DNA of 64,000 nt from an uncultured archaeon (GCA_964410585.1 CAYPFW010000001.1:352001-416000); one strand, 5' to 3'; shown: positions 38,872 through 49,414, counted from the first letter of the stretch. A program made the numbers and translations. Notes: generated by a model not told the origin, from the letters alone.

Positions 38872-40923
38872 ATGAGATTACATTATTTTTTGATGATTGC
38901 TTTTGCTTCGTTAGCTCTTTCTGTCGGTGTATCTGCACAAGAATGGGAATTTCTTGATTCTGGTGTTACAAACGATTTGAATGGAATTTCTTGTCTAAAT
39001 GAACTGACTTGCTATGCCGTTGGAGGTGCACCTTTCACTGGTGGACAAGGAATAATAATCAAAACAACAAACAGTGGAGACACTTGGAAAAGGGAGACAA
39101 TACCAACAACAGAGCCATTGCGTGCGATTAAGTGCGTGGGTGAAACGTGCTATGCAGCAGGCGATGGAATTATACTCAGAAAAACAGCAACAACTTCATG
39201 GATTCTTGTCGACAGAAGTGATCAAACACTTTGGGACATTGATGCTACACAAACACATTCTGTTGCTGTAGGAAATCTTGGGACACGTTTAAGGGCTACA
39301 AACGGTGTGGATTGGGCCGGATATTTGCCACCTAGAACTGGCACCTTCGAGCCAACTCTTTTGGGAATAACATTTATTGGAGAAAGAGGATGGATTGTTG
39401 GATATGAAGGGACACTAAAATATACAAATAATGGCGGAGAAACGTGGATAGATCTAAACTCTGATGAAACTCTACCAATCAGCGATATTTTTACTTTTGA
39501 TGGACAAACTATTTGGACATGCGGCTCATTTACACACATATCAAAAAGCACAAATGCGGGCTCTTCTTGGACAGATTATGAGATACCTTCTATTGGCGGA
39601 TGCGGTGCAATAGAATTTGCAGACGAAAATCTAGGCTGGATATTTGGGAATGGAGCTATCTTATCAAGTACAAATGGCGGACAAACATGGCAGATGGTTA
39701 GCGGTTTAGATCGCGTTGTGTTTTTCAGTGATGTTGATTGTTTAGGGTCTAATTTGTGTTATGGTGTTGGCGAAGATGGTGTTGTTGTTAAGTATGTATC
39801 TATAGAAACAACTCGAGGGCAAGTAGAACAACCTGTTGAAGAACCTGAAGACCTGTCTGAAGAAAGTGAGGACTCTGAAGAACAGACACCAGAACCAAAT
39901 GACCAAGCAGTTGATGAAGAAACTTCAACATCAGAAAGTTCAATACCAATATGCCCAGCTGTTTTACACAATTGCGCAGATGGACAAACTCCTGTTTTTG
40001 AATACAGTCTAGATTGTCCTGTCGACTATACATGTGTTGGAGAAACAGAAAAACCCTCTGGTAGTTTTGGCGGCATATTTGATGGAATAAAATCATTCTT
40101 TTCCAAAATCTTTTCATTTTTCTCTGGATCAGAAAAAACAAATAAATTGGAAAAAATCCAACACGATGAAGATGCAGATGTATCAGCAACAATTTTCCTA
40201 CCAGCTCCTTCAGAACAAGCAGAGTTCGCAAGGGTTGTAGATAGGCGAACAACATGCAATCCAAGTGAAACTAGACTGAGTTTTGGAAGCATTGATTGGG
40301 AAGCTGGTTCAAGATATCCTAACACAACAATAGTTGCGCCGCATGGAGGTTTTGACACTAATACAGATTCACTATTACTGAAAACAATAGCAGGATTTAG
40401 GGCAAATTATGTTATAGCAAGGGACTATGAAGATGATGGAATGAGGTTAAATGTAAACCGGCCAAGTGAGAGTTATAGCAATAGGACTGAAATACAAACA
40501 GTTAGATCTGCAAGGGTTTACAATGCCTTCAAAAACTGTGTCGATCAATTCCCACAAAAATACTACATTGAGATACATGGAAATTCTAATCCAAGTACTG
40601 CAAATGAGATAGAAGTAGCAACAGTCAATGTCAGCACTTCTTTAGCAAGGTATTTGAAAAACAGGTTTAATGTCCATAAAAGGGGAAAGCTTGATGGATA
40701 TACTTTGAGTATTGAACCTTTGGATACTGTTGCATGGGATGCAGGACCAAACAAGTTAACAGGTATGCTGAGCCACTGCGATAATATGTGTTTACATTTT
40801 GAACATCCTAGTGCCTTGCGCGAAGATAGCGGTGCTATATCAAAAACTTCTCAGGTGCTAGTTGATTTGTTTAAAGATTTGGAAAACTATACACCTCCTA
40901 CAAAAAATCTTTCTAACTCCTAA
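38872..40923 (+). CDS. Secreted protein: BNR/YCF48-like beta-propeller plus C-terminal Zn-hydrolase-like domain
   Basis: Repeated TxNGGxTW Asp-boxes; acidic linker; APHGG..EIHG. Confidence 0.8.
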   Translation: MRLHYFLMIAFASLALSVGVSAQEWEFLDSGVTNDLNGISCLNELTCYAVGGAPFTGGQGIIIKTTNSGDTWKRETIPTTEPLRAIKCVGETCYAAGDGIILRKTATTSWILVDRSDQTLWDIDATQTHSVAVGNLGTRLRATNGVDWAGYLPPRTGTFEPTLLGITFIGERGWIVGYEGTLKYTNNGGETWIDLNSDETLPISDIFTFDGQTIWTCGSFTHISKSTNAGSSWTDYEIPSIGGCGAIEFADENLGWIFGNGAILSSTNGGQTWQMVSGLDRVVFFSDVDCLGSNLCYGVGEDGVVVKYVSIETTRGQVEQPVEEPEDLSEESEDSEEQTPEPNDQAVDEETSTSESSIPICPAVLHNCADGQTPVFEYSLDCPVDYTCVGETEKPSGSFGGIFDGIKSFFSKIFSFFSGSEKTNKLEKIQHDEDADVSATIFLPAPSEQAEFARVVDRRTTCNPSETRLSFGSIDWEAGSRYPNTTIVAPHGGFDTNTDSLLLKTIAGFRANYVIARDYEDDGMRLNVNRPSESYSNRTEIQTVRSARVYNAFKNCVDQFPQKYYIEIHGNSNPSTANEIEVATVNVSTSLARYLKNRFNVHKRGKLDGYTLSIEPLDTVAWDAGPNKLTGMLSHCDNMCLHFEHPSALREDSGAISKTSQVLVDLFKDLENYTPPTKNLSNS

Positions 40924-40961
40924 TAAAATGTATTTATACTGGCTACCCACATGAATTTTAG

Positions 40962-41258
40962 ATGGAAGAAGGCTCAGCTGTTTTTGAATGGGCAATGGGC
41001 GGATTATTAATAATTGGACTTATTGCCGGGGTGAGGGAATCTTGCAAACCAGCCAACCTTAGACCAGGAATATATCAAACAGCTATTGAAATGAACCATA
41101 AAAGATATGTTACTTCGCTCTTAACCAAAGCAACAGAACATGCTAGAAGTGGTGAACCATTAAGAATGAGCTTCTACCTTCAACAAGCCGAAAACCTTGG
41201 AGACTCTAAAACACAAGAAGAAGCAAGAAGGATCAGGCAGACATACTTTAATCCATAG
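40962..41258 (+). CDS. Hypothetical protein with N-terminal TM helix
   Basis: 98 aa ORF. Confidence 0.55.
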   Translation: MEEGSAVFEWAMGGLLIIGLIAGVRESCKPANLRPGIYQTAIEMNHKRYVTSLLTKATEHARSGEPLRMSFYLQQAENLGDSKTQEEARRIRQTYFNP

Positions 41259-41610
41259 AAATTTCCAAAAAATCATTGTCCTCTAGCCCCAAAAAGCTTC
41301 TCAAGTTTTTATCTGAAACTACTTCGAGGATATTTTTTGGATGACCTGTTTTTTCTGGTTTAATCAAAATCACCTGAAGATTTTCTATTTTGGATTTCAG
41401 AAAATAAACACGCCCTCTTTTTGTCCCATCTGCTTTTTGAAAGGCTTCTATATATACTGATTTTGGGAAATCAAAATCTTCTTCTAGTTTTATATTCAAA
41501 GTTCCGGGGAAAACATCCAAACCAAAAACTTCCTTGAATTTTGGGAGATAGTCAACAATTATTTTCGCTCCCACACCCATTCCTGAAACAACTTTGCCTT
41601 TTAGGATCAT
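41248..41610 (-). CDS. ribK: CTP-dependent riboflavin kinase (DUF120)
   Basis: GKVVSGMGVG, FPGTLN, LEVVS..LR..LGLED. Confidence 0.88.
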   Translation of the reverse strand: MILKGKVVSGMGVGAKIIVDYLPKFKEVFGLDVFPGTLNIKLEEDFDFPKSVYIEAFQKADGTKRGRVYFLKSKIENLQVILIKPEKTGHPKNILEVVSDKNLRSFLGLEDNDFLEISMD

Positions 41611-41655
41611 ATATCATTAGAAAACGCTTATTTAAAAGAGAAGGCAATTACTTGT

Positions 41656-42345
41656 ATGAAATACGATTACCACTGCCATTTTGAGAATTTGGAAGGGGGA
41701 GTAAAAATTGCGAAAAGTTTAGGCCTTGGTGGGGTTTGTCTTACATTAAATTGGACAAACGAAGCAAGCTTAAATCAGTTTTTAGCAAACGTAGAAAAAA
41801 TAAAAACAAAGGATTTTGATATCGCAATTGCTGTTGAACTGGAAGGAAAACCAAACCAAGTAAGAGAGCTTGCGAAAAGGCTTAGAAAAAGTGTGGAAAT
41901 AATTTCTGTACATGGTGGCGATTCTGAAGTGAACAGGATGGCTGTTGAGACACCGGAAATAGATATACTTCTTCATCCAGAATTGAAAAGAGAAGATTCT
42001 GGATTTGACCACGTAATGGCAAAATTAGCAAAAGAAAATAATGTTGCAATTGAATTTTGTCTCAGCGATTTAGTATACACATACAAAAAACCAAGGGCAG
42101 ATATTTTGAAAAATCTTTTGTACAATGCAAAGTTGGTTAGAAAGTTTAAAACTCCCTTTGTTTTGACATCAGGGGCTTTCAGTGAATGGAATTTGAGGGC
42201 ACCCTCTGAACTGATTTCTTTTGGAAGGATCTTAGGGTTTTCAGATACACAAATAAGCCATGCGCTTTTGGGTCATATGATAAGGGAAAACAGGAAGAGG
42301 CTGGATAGAAAATTTGTGATACCAGGAGTTGAGGTTTTAGAATAA
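41656..42345 (+). CDS. rnp3: RNase P protein Rpp30
   Basis: HGGD..NRMAVE..DILLHP, DHVMAKLA, TSGA..LRAP. Confidence 0.92.
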   Translation: MKYDYHCHFENLEGGVKIAKSLGLGGVCLTLNWTNEASLNQFLANVEKIKTKDFDIAIAVELEGKPNQVRELAKRLRKSVEIISVHGGDSEVNRMAVETPEIDILLHPELKREDSGFDHVMAKLAKENNVAIEFCLSDLVYTYKKPRADILKNLLYNAKLVRKFKTPFVLTSGAFSEWNLRAPSELISFGRILGFSDTQISHALLGHMIRENRKRLDRKFVIPGVEVLE

Positions 42346-42376
42346 AAATAGGAAATATGCAAAAGTTTGCTAGCGG

Positions 42377-42427
42377 TTTTGGATACGGTAGCCTTTTGCA
42401 GAAGCCGGAAGGCTCTAAAAGGCTAGC
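42377..42427 (+). repeat. Family C mini-element (copy C3)
   Basis: TTTTGGATACGGTAGCCTTTT..AAAAGGCTAGC, flush with the Pop5 ATG. Confidence 0.85.
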
Positions 42428-42775
42428 ATGAAAATAAAAAAAATGCCAACATTGAAGGAGAGGTCGAGATACTTAGTCTTCAAAATACACTCAAAGGAAG
42501 CCCTAGACTACAATGACGTGAAAACAGCAATATGGGGCTCGATACTAAATTTCCTTGGCGAAGAACAAACTGCAAGAGCGAATGTGAGGATTGTAAGAAA
42601 CCTTTGGAAAACAAAAACAGGGACTGGATTTTTAAAATGTGGCCATTTGTATGTGGACAAAATAAAAGTCGCCTTGGCACTGATTAGCCAAATTGGCGAT
42701 TCAAAAGTTATTGTGCAGACTATGAGGGTTTCTGGGACAATAAAATCGGCGAACAAGAAGATGAAAACAGAATAA
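42428..42775 (+). CDS. rnp2: RNase P protein Pop5
   Basis: PTLKERSRYLVF, VSGTIK. Confidence 0.92.
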   Translation: MKIKKMPTLKERSRYLVFKIHSKEALDYNDVKTAIWGSILNFLGEEQTARANVRIVRNLWKTKTGTGFLKCGHLYVDKIKVALALISQIGDSKVIVQTMRVSGTIKSANKKMKTE

Positions 42776-42870
42776 CAAATTTATAAACCTAGTACTACTA
42801 TTATACTAATAATTTGAAGGCTGTTAGAATTAATGGCTTATTTTATGTTCCTTTAAAAAGGATATAGAGG

Positions 42871-43581
42871 GTGATAAATGTGCAACCATCTCCGCCAGCA
42901 CACATGGCTTACGACAGGACAATTGTGGTATTCTCTCCTGATGGAAGACTATTACAAGTAGAGTATGCAAGGCAAGCTGTAAAAAAAGGAAACACTGCTC
43001 TAGGAATAAAAACAAAAGACGCTGTAGTCCTAGGTGCAATTAAAACAATAGCAGAGCTTGGAGAGAGCGAAACATACAAAAAAGTATATGAGATAGATGA
43101 ACATATTGGTGTTGCTACTTCTGGCCTTTTGGCAGATGCTAGGGATATTATCGAAACAGCGAGAGTGAGGGCTCAGATAAACAAAGTCACTTATGGGGTG
43201 GGCGCATCTGTTCAAAAAATAACAAACTTCGTTGCAGACAGGAAGCATGTTGTAACACAGTATGCAGGTGTAAGGCCATATGGTGTCGGATTTTTAATTG
43301 GCGGTATAGATGACAAAGGACCAACTCTGAATGAAACAGACCCTTCTGGGACAATAATGGAATGGAAGGCACAAGCGATTGGAAGGGGAGCTGATAAAGC
43401 AAAGAAATTGTTCAAATCAAAATACAAAGAGGACATGTCAGCAGATGCAGCTGCGAAGCTTGCTGTAGAAGCTTTGCTTACAGGTGAAAAAGATTTGACA
43501 GCTGAAAATGTTGAAGTTGCTATTATCAGACAAGGCGAATTCAGAAGGTTGTCGATATCAGAGATTAAAAAGATGGTTTAA
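42871..43581 (+). CDS. psmA: Proteasome alpha subunit
   Basis: YDRTIVVFSPDGRLLQVEYA; exact start uncertain. Confidence 0.97.
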   Translation: MINVQPSPPAHMAYDRTIVVFSPDGRLLQVEYARQAVKKGNTALGIKTKDAVVLGAIKTIAELGESETYKKVYEIDEHIGVATSGLLADARDIIETARVRAQINKVTYGVGASVQKITNFVADRKHVVTQYAGVRPYGVGFLIGGIDDKGPTLNETDPSGTIMEWKAQAIGRGADKAKKLFKSKYKEDMSADAAAKLAVEALLTGEKDLTAENVEVAIIRQGEFRRLSISEIKKMV

Positions 43582-43666
43582 GCGGCGCTTTTTCTAACCC
43601 TAAAATTTAATATAAAGAAGGTGATTGAAAAAAAGATATCTGCGATATTCTCGCAGTGCATTGGTT

Positions 43667-44371
43667 ATGGTTTCCGTTGAAGATGCAGTAATTGCAAGCA
43701 TAAATAAGAAAGGGAAGGATTTTGAAATTCTTGTTGACCCTGACATGGCCTTGGAAATAAAAAGGGGAAAAGAGGTTTCTGTCCAAAACACACTGGCCGT
43801 GAACCAAATTTTTAAGGATGCAAAAAAAGGTGATAGGTCGCCTGATTCTGAATTAAAAGAATGTTTTGACACAACTGATTTTCTAAAAATTGCAGCTGAA
43901 ATAATAAAAGACGGAAGACTACAGCTTACAACAGATCAAAAGAGAAAACTTACAGAAGAAAAGAGGATGGAAATAGCAAACCTGATTTCTAGGGAAGGCG
44001 TTGATCCTAAAACTCATATACCGCATCCAACAACAAGAATTTTAAATGCTATGAGAGAAGCTCATCTTGATATTGATCCATTTAAACCAGCAAAAATGCA
44101 AATGCAACATGTGATAGATAAGATCCAACCAATAATTCCTATTTCATTTGAGAAAGTCACCTTGGCCATAAAAATTCCAATGGAGTTTGCTGGGAAAGCT
44201 GGTCATACAATAAGAGAAATGGCAGAGGTTAAGAAGGAGGATTGGGCAAAAGATGGTTGGATTGTTTTGGTTACTATATCCGCTGGACTTCAAACAGATA
44301 TAATGGATAAATTGAACAAAATCACAGCCGGAAGGACAGAAGTTAAGGTTGTTAGTAGGGAGAGCATATAA
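43667..44371 (+). CDS. Ribosome maturation protein SBDS/SDO1
   Basis: FEILVDP, IFKDAKKG, DPKTHIPHP. Confidence 0.96.
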   Translation: MVSVEDAVIASINKKGKDFEILVDPDMALEIKRGKEVSVQNTLAVNQIFKDAKKGDRSPDSELKECFDTTDFLKIAAEIIKDGRLQLTTDQKRKLTEEKRMEIANLISREGVDPKTHIPHPTTRILNAMREAHLDIDPFKPAKMQMQHVIDKIQPIIPISFEKVTLAIKIPMEFAGKAGHTIREMAEVKKEDWAKDGWIVLVTISAGLQTDIMDKLNKITAGRTEVKVVSRESI

Positions 44372-44432
44372 GGGGCATTTATATTCCTTAATATCAAATT
44401 AGAAGGATAAAATTAAAGGGAGTGTTTTACAT

Positions 44433-45203
44433 ATGAGCGAGATGCTAAAAAATGAGCGAGATTTCGTAGTTCCTGGAGACGAAATCGTGAATTCAATGGA
44501 ATTCTTGCCAGGAAGAAATACTTTTAGGGACGGAAATTCGATATACTCTAAAAGACTTGGTTTAGTGCATGTAGAAAATCACGTTGTGTCTATTGTCCCG
44601 CTATCAGGTGGATATATACCACTTGTCGGCGATATGGTTATTGGTGAAGTCACCGATGTACAATCAAATGGTTGGATAATCAATATTGATTCAGCATATG
44701 ATGCATATCTGCCTCTTTCTGGTGTAAGACAATTCATAAGACAAGGAACCGACCTATCTAAAATATACGCAATAGGCGACATTGTTTATGCAAAAGTTTC
44801 TGTTGCAAGCGGAAACAGTCTAAATGTTTCTTTACAAGATATTAGAGCTAGAAAACTTGTTGGTGGCAAGCTCATGCAAATTTCTCCGGTAAAGGTACCT
44901 AGACTTATCGGAAAACAAGGATCAATGATTAGTTTGGTAAAGGAAAGAACAGGATGCAACATATATGTCGGCCAAAACGGTATCATCTGGGTCTTTGGTG
45001 ACAACTATGATTTGGTCACAGAAGTTTTGAGAAAAATAGAAAAGGAATCACACCACGAGGGTCTGACAGACAGCATCCAAAAATTATTAGAGGAAAAAGG
45101 AATTAAAAAACAGGAGGTTAAAAGTTCTGAACCACAAGAAGAACAGGCTCAAGAATTCAGTCAAGAACAGGCGCCTGAAAATTCAGATGAGGAACTTCAA
45201 TAA
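44433..45203 (+). CDS. rrp4: Exosome RNA-binding protein Rrp4
   Basis: VVPGD, YIPLVGDMVIG, VPRLIGKQGSM, GQNG. Confidence 0.96.
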   Translation: MSEMLKNERDFVVPGDEIVNSMEFLPGRNTFRDGNSIYSKRLGLVHVENHVVSIVPLSGGYIPLVGDMVIGEVTDVQSNGWIINIDSAYDAYLPLSGVRQFIRQGTDLSKIYAIGDIVYAKVSVASGNSLNVSLQDIRARKLVGGKLMQISPVKVPRLIGKQGSMISLVKERTGCNIYVGQNGIIWVFGDNYDLVTEVLRKIEKESHHEGLTDSIQKLLEEKGIKKQEVKSSEPQEEQAQEFSQEQAPENSDEELQ

Positions 45204-45205
45204 TT

Positions 45206-45931
45206 ATGGCAACATTAAAAAGAGCTGACGGAAGAAAGGCTGACGAATTAAGGCCTTTGATAATTAAAGCTGGTATTTTGGAAAAAGCACAGGGATCTGC
45301 TTTGGTAAAAATGGGTAGGACACATGCTTTGGCAGCTGTTTATGGACCAAGGGAATTGTATCCTAAATTTTTGCAAAAACCAGATAAAGCAACCCTACAA
45401 TTCAAATACAACATGGCTCCATTTTCGACAGAAGAAAGAGTTAAACCCGGACACTCAAGAAGATCAATGGAAATTTCAAAGGTTGTAGGTGAGGCACTTG
45501 AGGCTGTTGTTTATCTAAACGAATTTCCAAAAAGCACAATTGATGTATATGTTGAAATACTTCAAGCAGATGCTGGAACAAGAACAGCTGCACTAAATGC
45601 AGCAGCAGTAGCCTTAGCTGATGCTGGTTTGCCAATGAAAGATCTAGTTGCATCTGTATCTGCTGGAAAAATAGGAAATGACTATGTTTTGGATTTGGCA
45701 GGAAAAGAAGAAGATGAAACATTCTGTGATCTTCCTGTTGCATATAGTCCTAGGGACAAAAAAGTCACACTTTTGCAAATGGACGGTGACTTGCCTAAGC
45801 AAGATGTATTGAAAGTCATTGAACTAGCAATCAAAGGATGCGAACAAATATACAAGGAGCAAAAAAGAGCTTTACAAGAGAGATGGATTGGAGAAGCAAG
45901 AGCAGCATCTTTAATCAATGGAGGACAGTAG
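45206..45931 (+). CDS. rrp41: Exosome subunit Rrp41
   Basis: RADGRKADELRP, YGPRE, ADAGTR, LLQMDG. Confidence 0.97.
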   Translation: MATLKRADGRKADELRPLIIKAGILEKAQGSALVKMGRTHALAAVYGPRELYPKFLQKPDKATLQFKYNMAPFSTEERVKPGHSRRSMEISKVVGEALEAVVYLNEFPKSTIDVYVEILQADAGTRTAALNAAAVALADAGLPMKDLVASVSAGKIGNDYVLDLAGKEEDETFCDLPVAYSPRDKKVTLLQMDGDLPKQDVLKVIELAIKGCEQIYKEQKRALQERWIGEARAASLINGGQ

Positions 45932-46700
45932 TATGTTATCAAGAGATAAATATTTTATCGGGCTTGCTGAAAAAGGCAAAAGAGATGACGGAAGAAAATT
46001 AGATGAATTTAGAAAAGTTGAAATTCAGACAGGCGTTGTTGAAAAAGCCGAGGGTTCTGCTTTGGTAAAACTTGGCTCTACACAAATACTTGCAGGAGTT
46101 AAAATGGATGTAAAGGAGCCGTTTGCTGATACTCCAAATGAAGGCGTGTTAATGGCTGGCGCTGAATTTTCACCAATTGCTTCACCTCTTTTTGAATCTG
46201 GCCCACCAAGTATCCAATCAATCGAACTAGCTCGTGTTGTTGATCGAGGAATAAGGGAATCACATGCAATTGATCTTGAAAAGCTTTGTATTGCCGAAGG
46301 TGAAAAAGTTTGGGTTGTAAGCGTTGACATACATGTTTTAGACAATGGTGGAAATATGACAGACGCAGCTGGCTTGGCTGCTATAGCTGCTCTTTTGGAC
46401 ACTAAAATGCCTAAATATGAAGATGAAAAAGTTATAAGTACAGAAAGAAAAGGCAAGCTTCCAGTAACATGCAAACCAGTTGCTGTAACACATATAAAGG
46501 TAGGCAACAATTTATTTGTAGATCCTCTTGTAGAAGAAGAAAATGTCGCTGATTCAAAACTGACTGTGACTACAAAAGATGACGGAAATATATCTTCTTT
46601 GCAAAAAAGCGGGTCAAAAGGTTTGACTCTGAAAGAAATCGAAGAGATTTTAGACAGAGCAATCAAAAACGGCAAAGAGTTGAGAAAACACTTGAAATAG
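45918..46700 (+). CDS. rrp42: Exosome subunit Rrp42
   Basis: RDDGR, FESGPP, ELARVVDRGIRES. Confidence 0.97.
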   Translation: MEDSSMLSRDKYFIGLAEKGKRDDGRKLDEFRKVEIQTGVVEKAEGSALVKLGSTQILAGVKMDVKEPFADTPNEGVLMAGAEFSPIASPLFESGPPSIQSIELARVVDRGIRESHAIDLEKLCIAEGEKVWVVSVDIHVLDNGGNMTDAAGLAAIAALLDTKMPKYEDEKVISTERKGKLPVTCKPVAVTHIKVGNNLFVDPLVEEENVADSKLTVTTKDDGNISSLQKSGSKGLTLKEIEEILDRAIKNGKELRKHLK

Positions 46701-46791
46701 CTAGCCTTTTCCGGGAGTTAACAACTTCCAAAGAATACCGAAACTGGTCTGAGGACCAGTTTCCAGCTACTGTCGTCTACCGTACCCAAAA
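46698..46791 (-). repeat. Family C mini-element (copy C4) carrying family D hairpin D1 (about 46733-46764)
   Basis: TAG-CTAGCCTTTTCCGGG...CTACCGTACCCAAAA; internal GAATACCGAAACTGGTC TGAG GACCAGTTTCC. Confidence 0.85.
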
Positions 46792-46823
46792 GTCAAAAAT
46801 TCACAATTATAAAGGGTTTAAGC

Positions 46824-46970
46824 GTGGAAGGCGTAATTTTTTCCAAGCAACAGCGAAGGAAAATCTGCATCTCCAACAATATTGTTGCAGAGATGTCTCG
46901 TGTCAACTTTGCGAAGAGGAGACACGAAATAGCCTCCTGTTTTGCTTAAGCTTTTAGGATAAAAGGTTTA
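46824..46970 (+). repeat. Family A mini-element (copy A7) carrying nested B4 (46864-46927)
   Basis: Removing B4 restores the ATTTTTTCC/GGAAAAAAT stem; ends at the rpl37ae ATG. Confidence 0.9.
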
Positions 46971-47182
46971 TGGGGACAAGAAAAGTTAAATCTGCAGGAA
47001 GATACGGAGTCAGATACGGACTCAAATCAAGGAAGAGTAATGTAGAAATTGATACTTTTAAAAGGACAAAATGGCTATGCTCAAGCTGCCAAAAACCAGC
47101 TGTTAGAAGGCTCTCTGCTGGGATTTGGGAATGCAAAAAATGCGGAAACAAATTTGCAGGAAGGGCCTACAAGCCAAACTAA
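46970..47182 (+). CDS. rpl37ae: 50S ribosomal protein eL43 (L37Ae)
   Basis: AGRYGVRYG, CSSC..GIWECKKC. Confidence 0.96.
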   Translation: MGTRKVKSAGRYGVRYGLKSRKSNVEIDTFKRTKWLCSSCQKPAVRRLSAGIWECKKCGNKFAGRAYKPN

Positions 47183-47195
47183 TTTGGAGGTTTCT

Positions 47196-47336
47196 ATGAT
47201 CTATAAGTGCATGCATTGCGGAAAACAAGTTGAAATAGATTTGAAAAAAACAAAGAAAATTATTTGTCAATTCTGTGGATTTAGAATAATTGAAAAACCA
47301 AAGACTGGAATTTCAAAAAGGGTTCAAGCAATTTGA
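47196..47336 (+). CDS. rpoP: RNA polymerase subunit P (Rpo12)
   Basis: YKCMHCG..ICQFCGFRII; GGAGG SD; follows L37Ae. Confidence 0.9.
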   Translation: MIYKCMHCGKQVEIDLKKTKKIICQFCGFRIIEKPKTGISKRVQAI

Positions 47337-47359
47337 TTTTCATTTTTAAAGTTTAAGCA

Positions 47360-47554
47360 TTGGAAGGCGTAATCGAGCAACAGCGACGAAAAACGGATAC
47401 TGAAGCTGGTAAAACCAGCTTCTAACTCTTACGCGCCTCCTATTTTTGCTTAAGTCAGCATCTCACATAGTGCATTGGATGATGAGATGTCTCGTGAACA
47501 ATTAACGGAGAAAGAGGTTAGTGGGAGACACGACCTTTTTACAGAAAAAGCTTA
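47360..47554 (+). repeat. Family A mini-element (copy A8) carrying D2 (about 47395-47423) and B5 (47455-47533)
   Basis: GGAAGGCG..GCCTCC..TAAG[B]CCTTTTT..AAAAAGCTTA, 1 nt from the pfdB ATG. Confidence 0.85.
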
Positions 47555-47555
47555 T

Positions 47556-47891
47556 ATGACAGAACAACAAAGCCCTCAAGTTCAACAATGGCTTACACAA
47601 GCTCAGATGTATCAGCAACAACTTCAGCAAGTTCTTGTGCAAAAAGAACAAATGAAACTTCAGCTTGCAGAAATTAAAAAAGCATTGGAAGAGCTTGAAA
47701 AAACAAAAGAAGATGTTTACAAAATTGCAGGGCCTATTCTTGTAAAATCAACAAAAGAAGACATCAAAAAAGATTTGGGTGAAAAGTCAGAGCTTTTTGA
47801 GCTTAGAGTCAAAACCCTTGAAAAGGGCGAATCAAAGCTAAAAAGCCAATTCGAAGAACTCAAAGAAAAGATTTCTAAGTTGAGCAAGTAG
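47556..47891 (+). CDS. pfdB: Prefoldin beta subunit
   Basis: SPQVQ..QQQLQ, VYKIAGPILVK; superoperon position. Confidence 0.92.
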   Translation: MTEQQSPQVQQWLTQAQMYQQQLQQVLVQKEQMKLQLAEIKKALEELEKTKEDVYKIAGPILVKSTKEDIKKDLGEKSELFELRVKTLEKGESKLKSQFEELKEKISKLSK

Positions 47892-47931
47892 CTAGCCTTT
47901 TCTTAGAAAGAAAAGGCTACCGTACCCAAAA
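47889..47931 (-). repeat. Family C mini-element (copy C5)
   Basis: TAG-CTAGCCTTTTCTT AGA AAGAAAAGGCTACCGTACCCAAAA, starting at the pfdB stop. Confidence 0.9.
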
Positions 47932-47976
47932 GAACTACAATTGAAGGCTAAAAAATTTACTGTATCCAAAATCAAT

Positions 47977-49254
47977 TTACGATTTCTTCAGAGGGTCTCT
48001 GATCAACAGAACATAATTCCCATCTTCTCTGTTTGCTGGCAAATATTTTCTCGCAGCTTCCATTATTTTTTCCGGGGTCAATTTTTCAAAGCCGTCTATA
48101 AACCATTCGTATGGACGCTGGAAATTTATTTGATATTCTATTATATCTAATCTGCCTCTGTTTGCTTCTAATTTTTTTGCTACACGATATTTTGCTTTTC
48201 GCATACACGAATCAAACTCAGATCTATCTATAGGTTCTTCTCGCAGTTTTCTCATTTCATCGAATATCAAATCAAGAGCCCTATCAATAGAGGTTGCTTT
48301 TATATCGCCATAAACTGTAAGAAGTCCATAGCTTCTTCCGCCAACATATTTGGTTTTTATTGAATATGCTAATCCGTTTTCATGTCTAACAGATTTGTGG
48401 AGCCTATATCCAGAATCTCCTAAAATTTCTACTATTGCAGCTATTGAATGAATATCATCGTGAGTTTTGGGTGGAGCAATCAAGCCCAGTCTTATATGTG
48501 CACTGCTCTCTTCTGGATTTTCAGGGTTGATCAAGTCTGGATTGGATGTGTGTATTATTGTTTTTTGGGTTAAGGGTGGAACTAGCGGAAGTTCAATTTT
48601 ATTAGCTACACCAACTGGCGCCTGTCCAAAAAACTTACTGATTTGTTGATCAGCATTATTTGGAAGACATCCAACTAAAACTAGATGTGAATTATTTGCA
48701 CAATATTCTCTTGTGTGAAAAGCTCTCAAACCTTCACGTTTTGCAGATGCAATTATTCTATCCTTTCCCGCAATTTCATATGTGTGGAAATTGTCTCTAA
48801 ACAGAGCCGTATCATACTGAGGACTTGACTCTCTCCAATCACTGCTTTTTTCATCTGCTATTTCTCTGAGTATTGCTTGGCGTTCTTTTTCCACTGTTTC
48901 TGGATCTAAAGTAGGTCTAAAAGCAGCACCAGAAGCAAAATCCATAAATAATTCGAAATGTTCCGAAAGCATATCAGCTTCGATATGTGTCGCTGTTAAG
49001 CCTGTCCCTGCATTACAAAAACCAAAAATATGTTCAGTTTTAAGTGCTTCTTCAGGAGTAAAATTTGGGCTCCCCCCTGTCATTAAACAATGTTCCAGAA
49101 AATGTGCAAACCCTTCTTCTCCAGGAAGCTCACTCAGGGCACCTGTGTTTATTGTCAGTTTTGCTGCAATTGTTTGTGTTGGTGTGTCCTCTAAAGCTAC
49201 AAATAATCCATTATCGAGTCTAAACTCTCTGTATCTGCTGCTTAGTACTGACAT
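47977..49254 (-). CDS. M16 (pitrilysin) family Zn peptidase
   Basis: LDNGL, GFAHFLEHC (HxxEH), NAGT, VRHENGLAY. Confidence 0.93.
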   Translation of the reverse strand: MSVLSSRYREFRLDNGLFVALEDTPTQTIAAKLTINTGALSELPGEEGFAHFLEHCLMTGGSPNFTPEEALKTEHIFGFCNAGTGLTATHIEADMLSEHFELFMDFASGAAFRPTLDPETVEKERQAILREIADEKSSDWRESSPQYDTALFRDNFHTYEIAGKDRIIASAKREGLRAFHTREYCANNSHLVLVGCLPNNADQQISKFFGQAPVGVANKIELPLVPPLTQKTIIHTSNPDLINPENPEESSAHIRLGLIAPPKTHDDIHSIAAIVEILGDSGYRLHKSVRHENGLAYSIKTKYVGGRSYGLLTVYGDIKATSIDRALDLIFDEMRKLREEPIDRSEFDSCMRKAKYRVAKKLEANRGRLDIIEYQINFQRPYEWFIDGFEKLTPEKIMEAARKYLPANREDGNYVLLIRDPLKKS

Positions 49255-49414
49255 AATATTAGCTGAAAGTAAATTTTATAAGCTTTAAACCACACCACTA
49301 GCTGCAGAAACACACAAATTACAAGATCCAAACGAATTTAAATCTGAAACCCTATATTTACACAGTAATTGTCCTTTTCTTTTACAAGGGAAGGTTTATT
49401 TGGGGGTAGGATTT

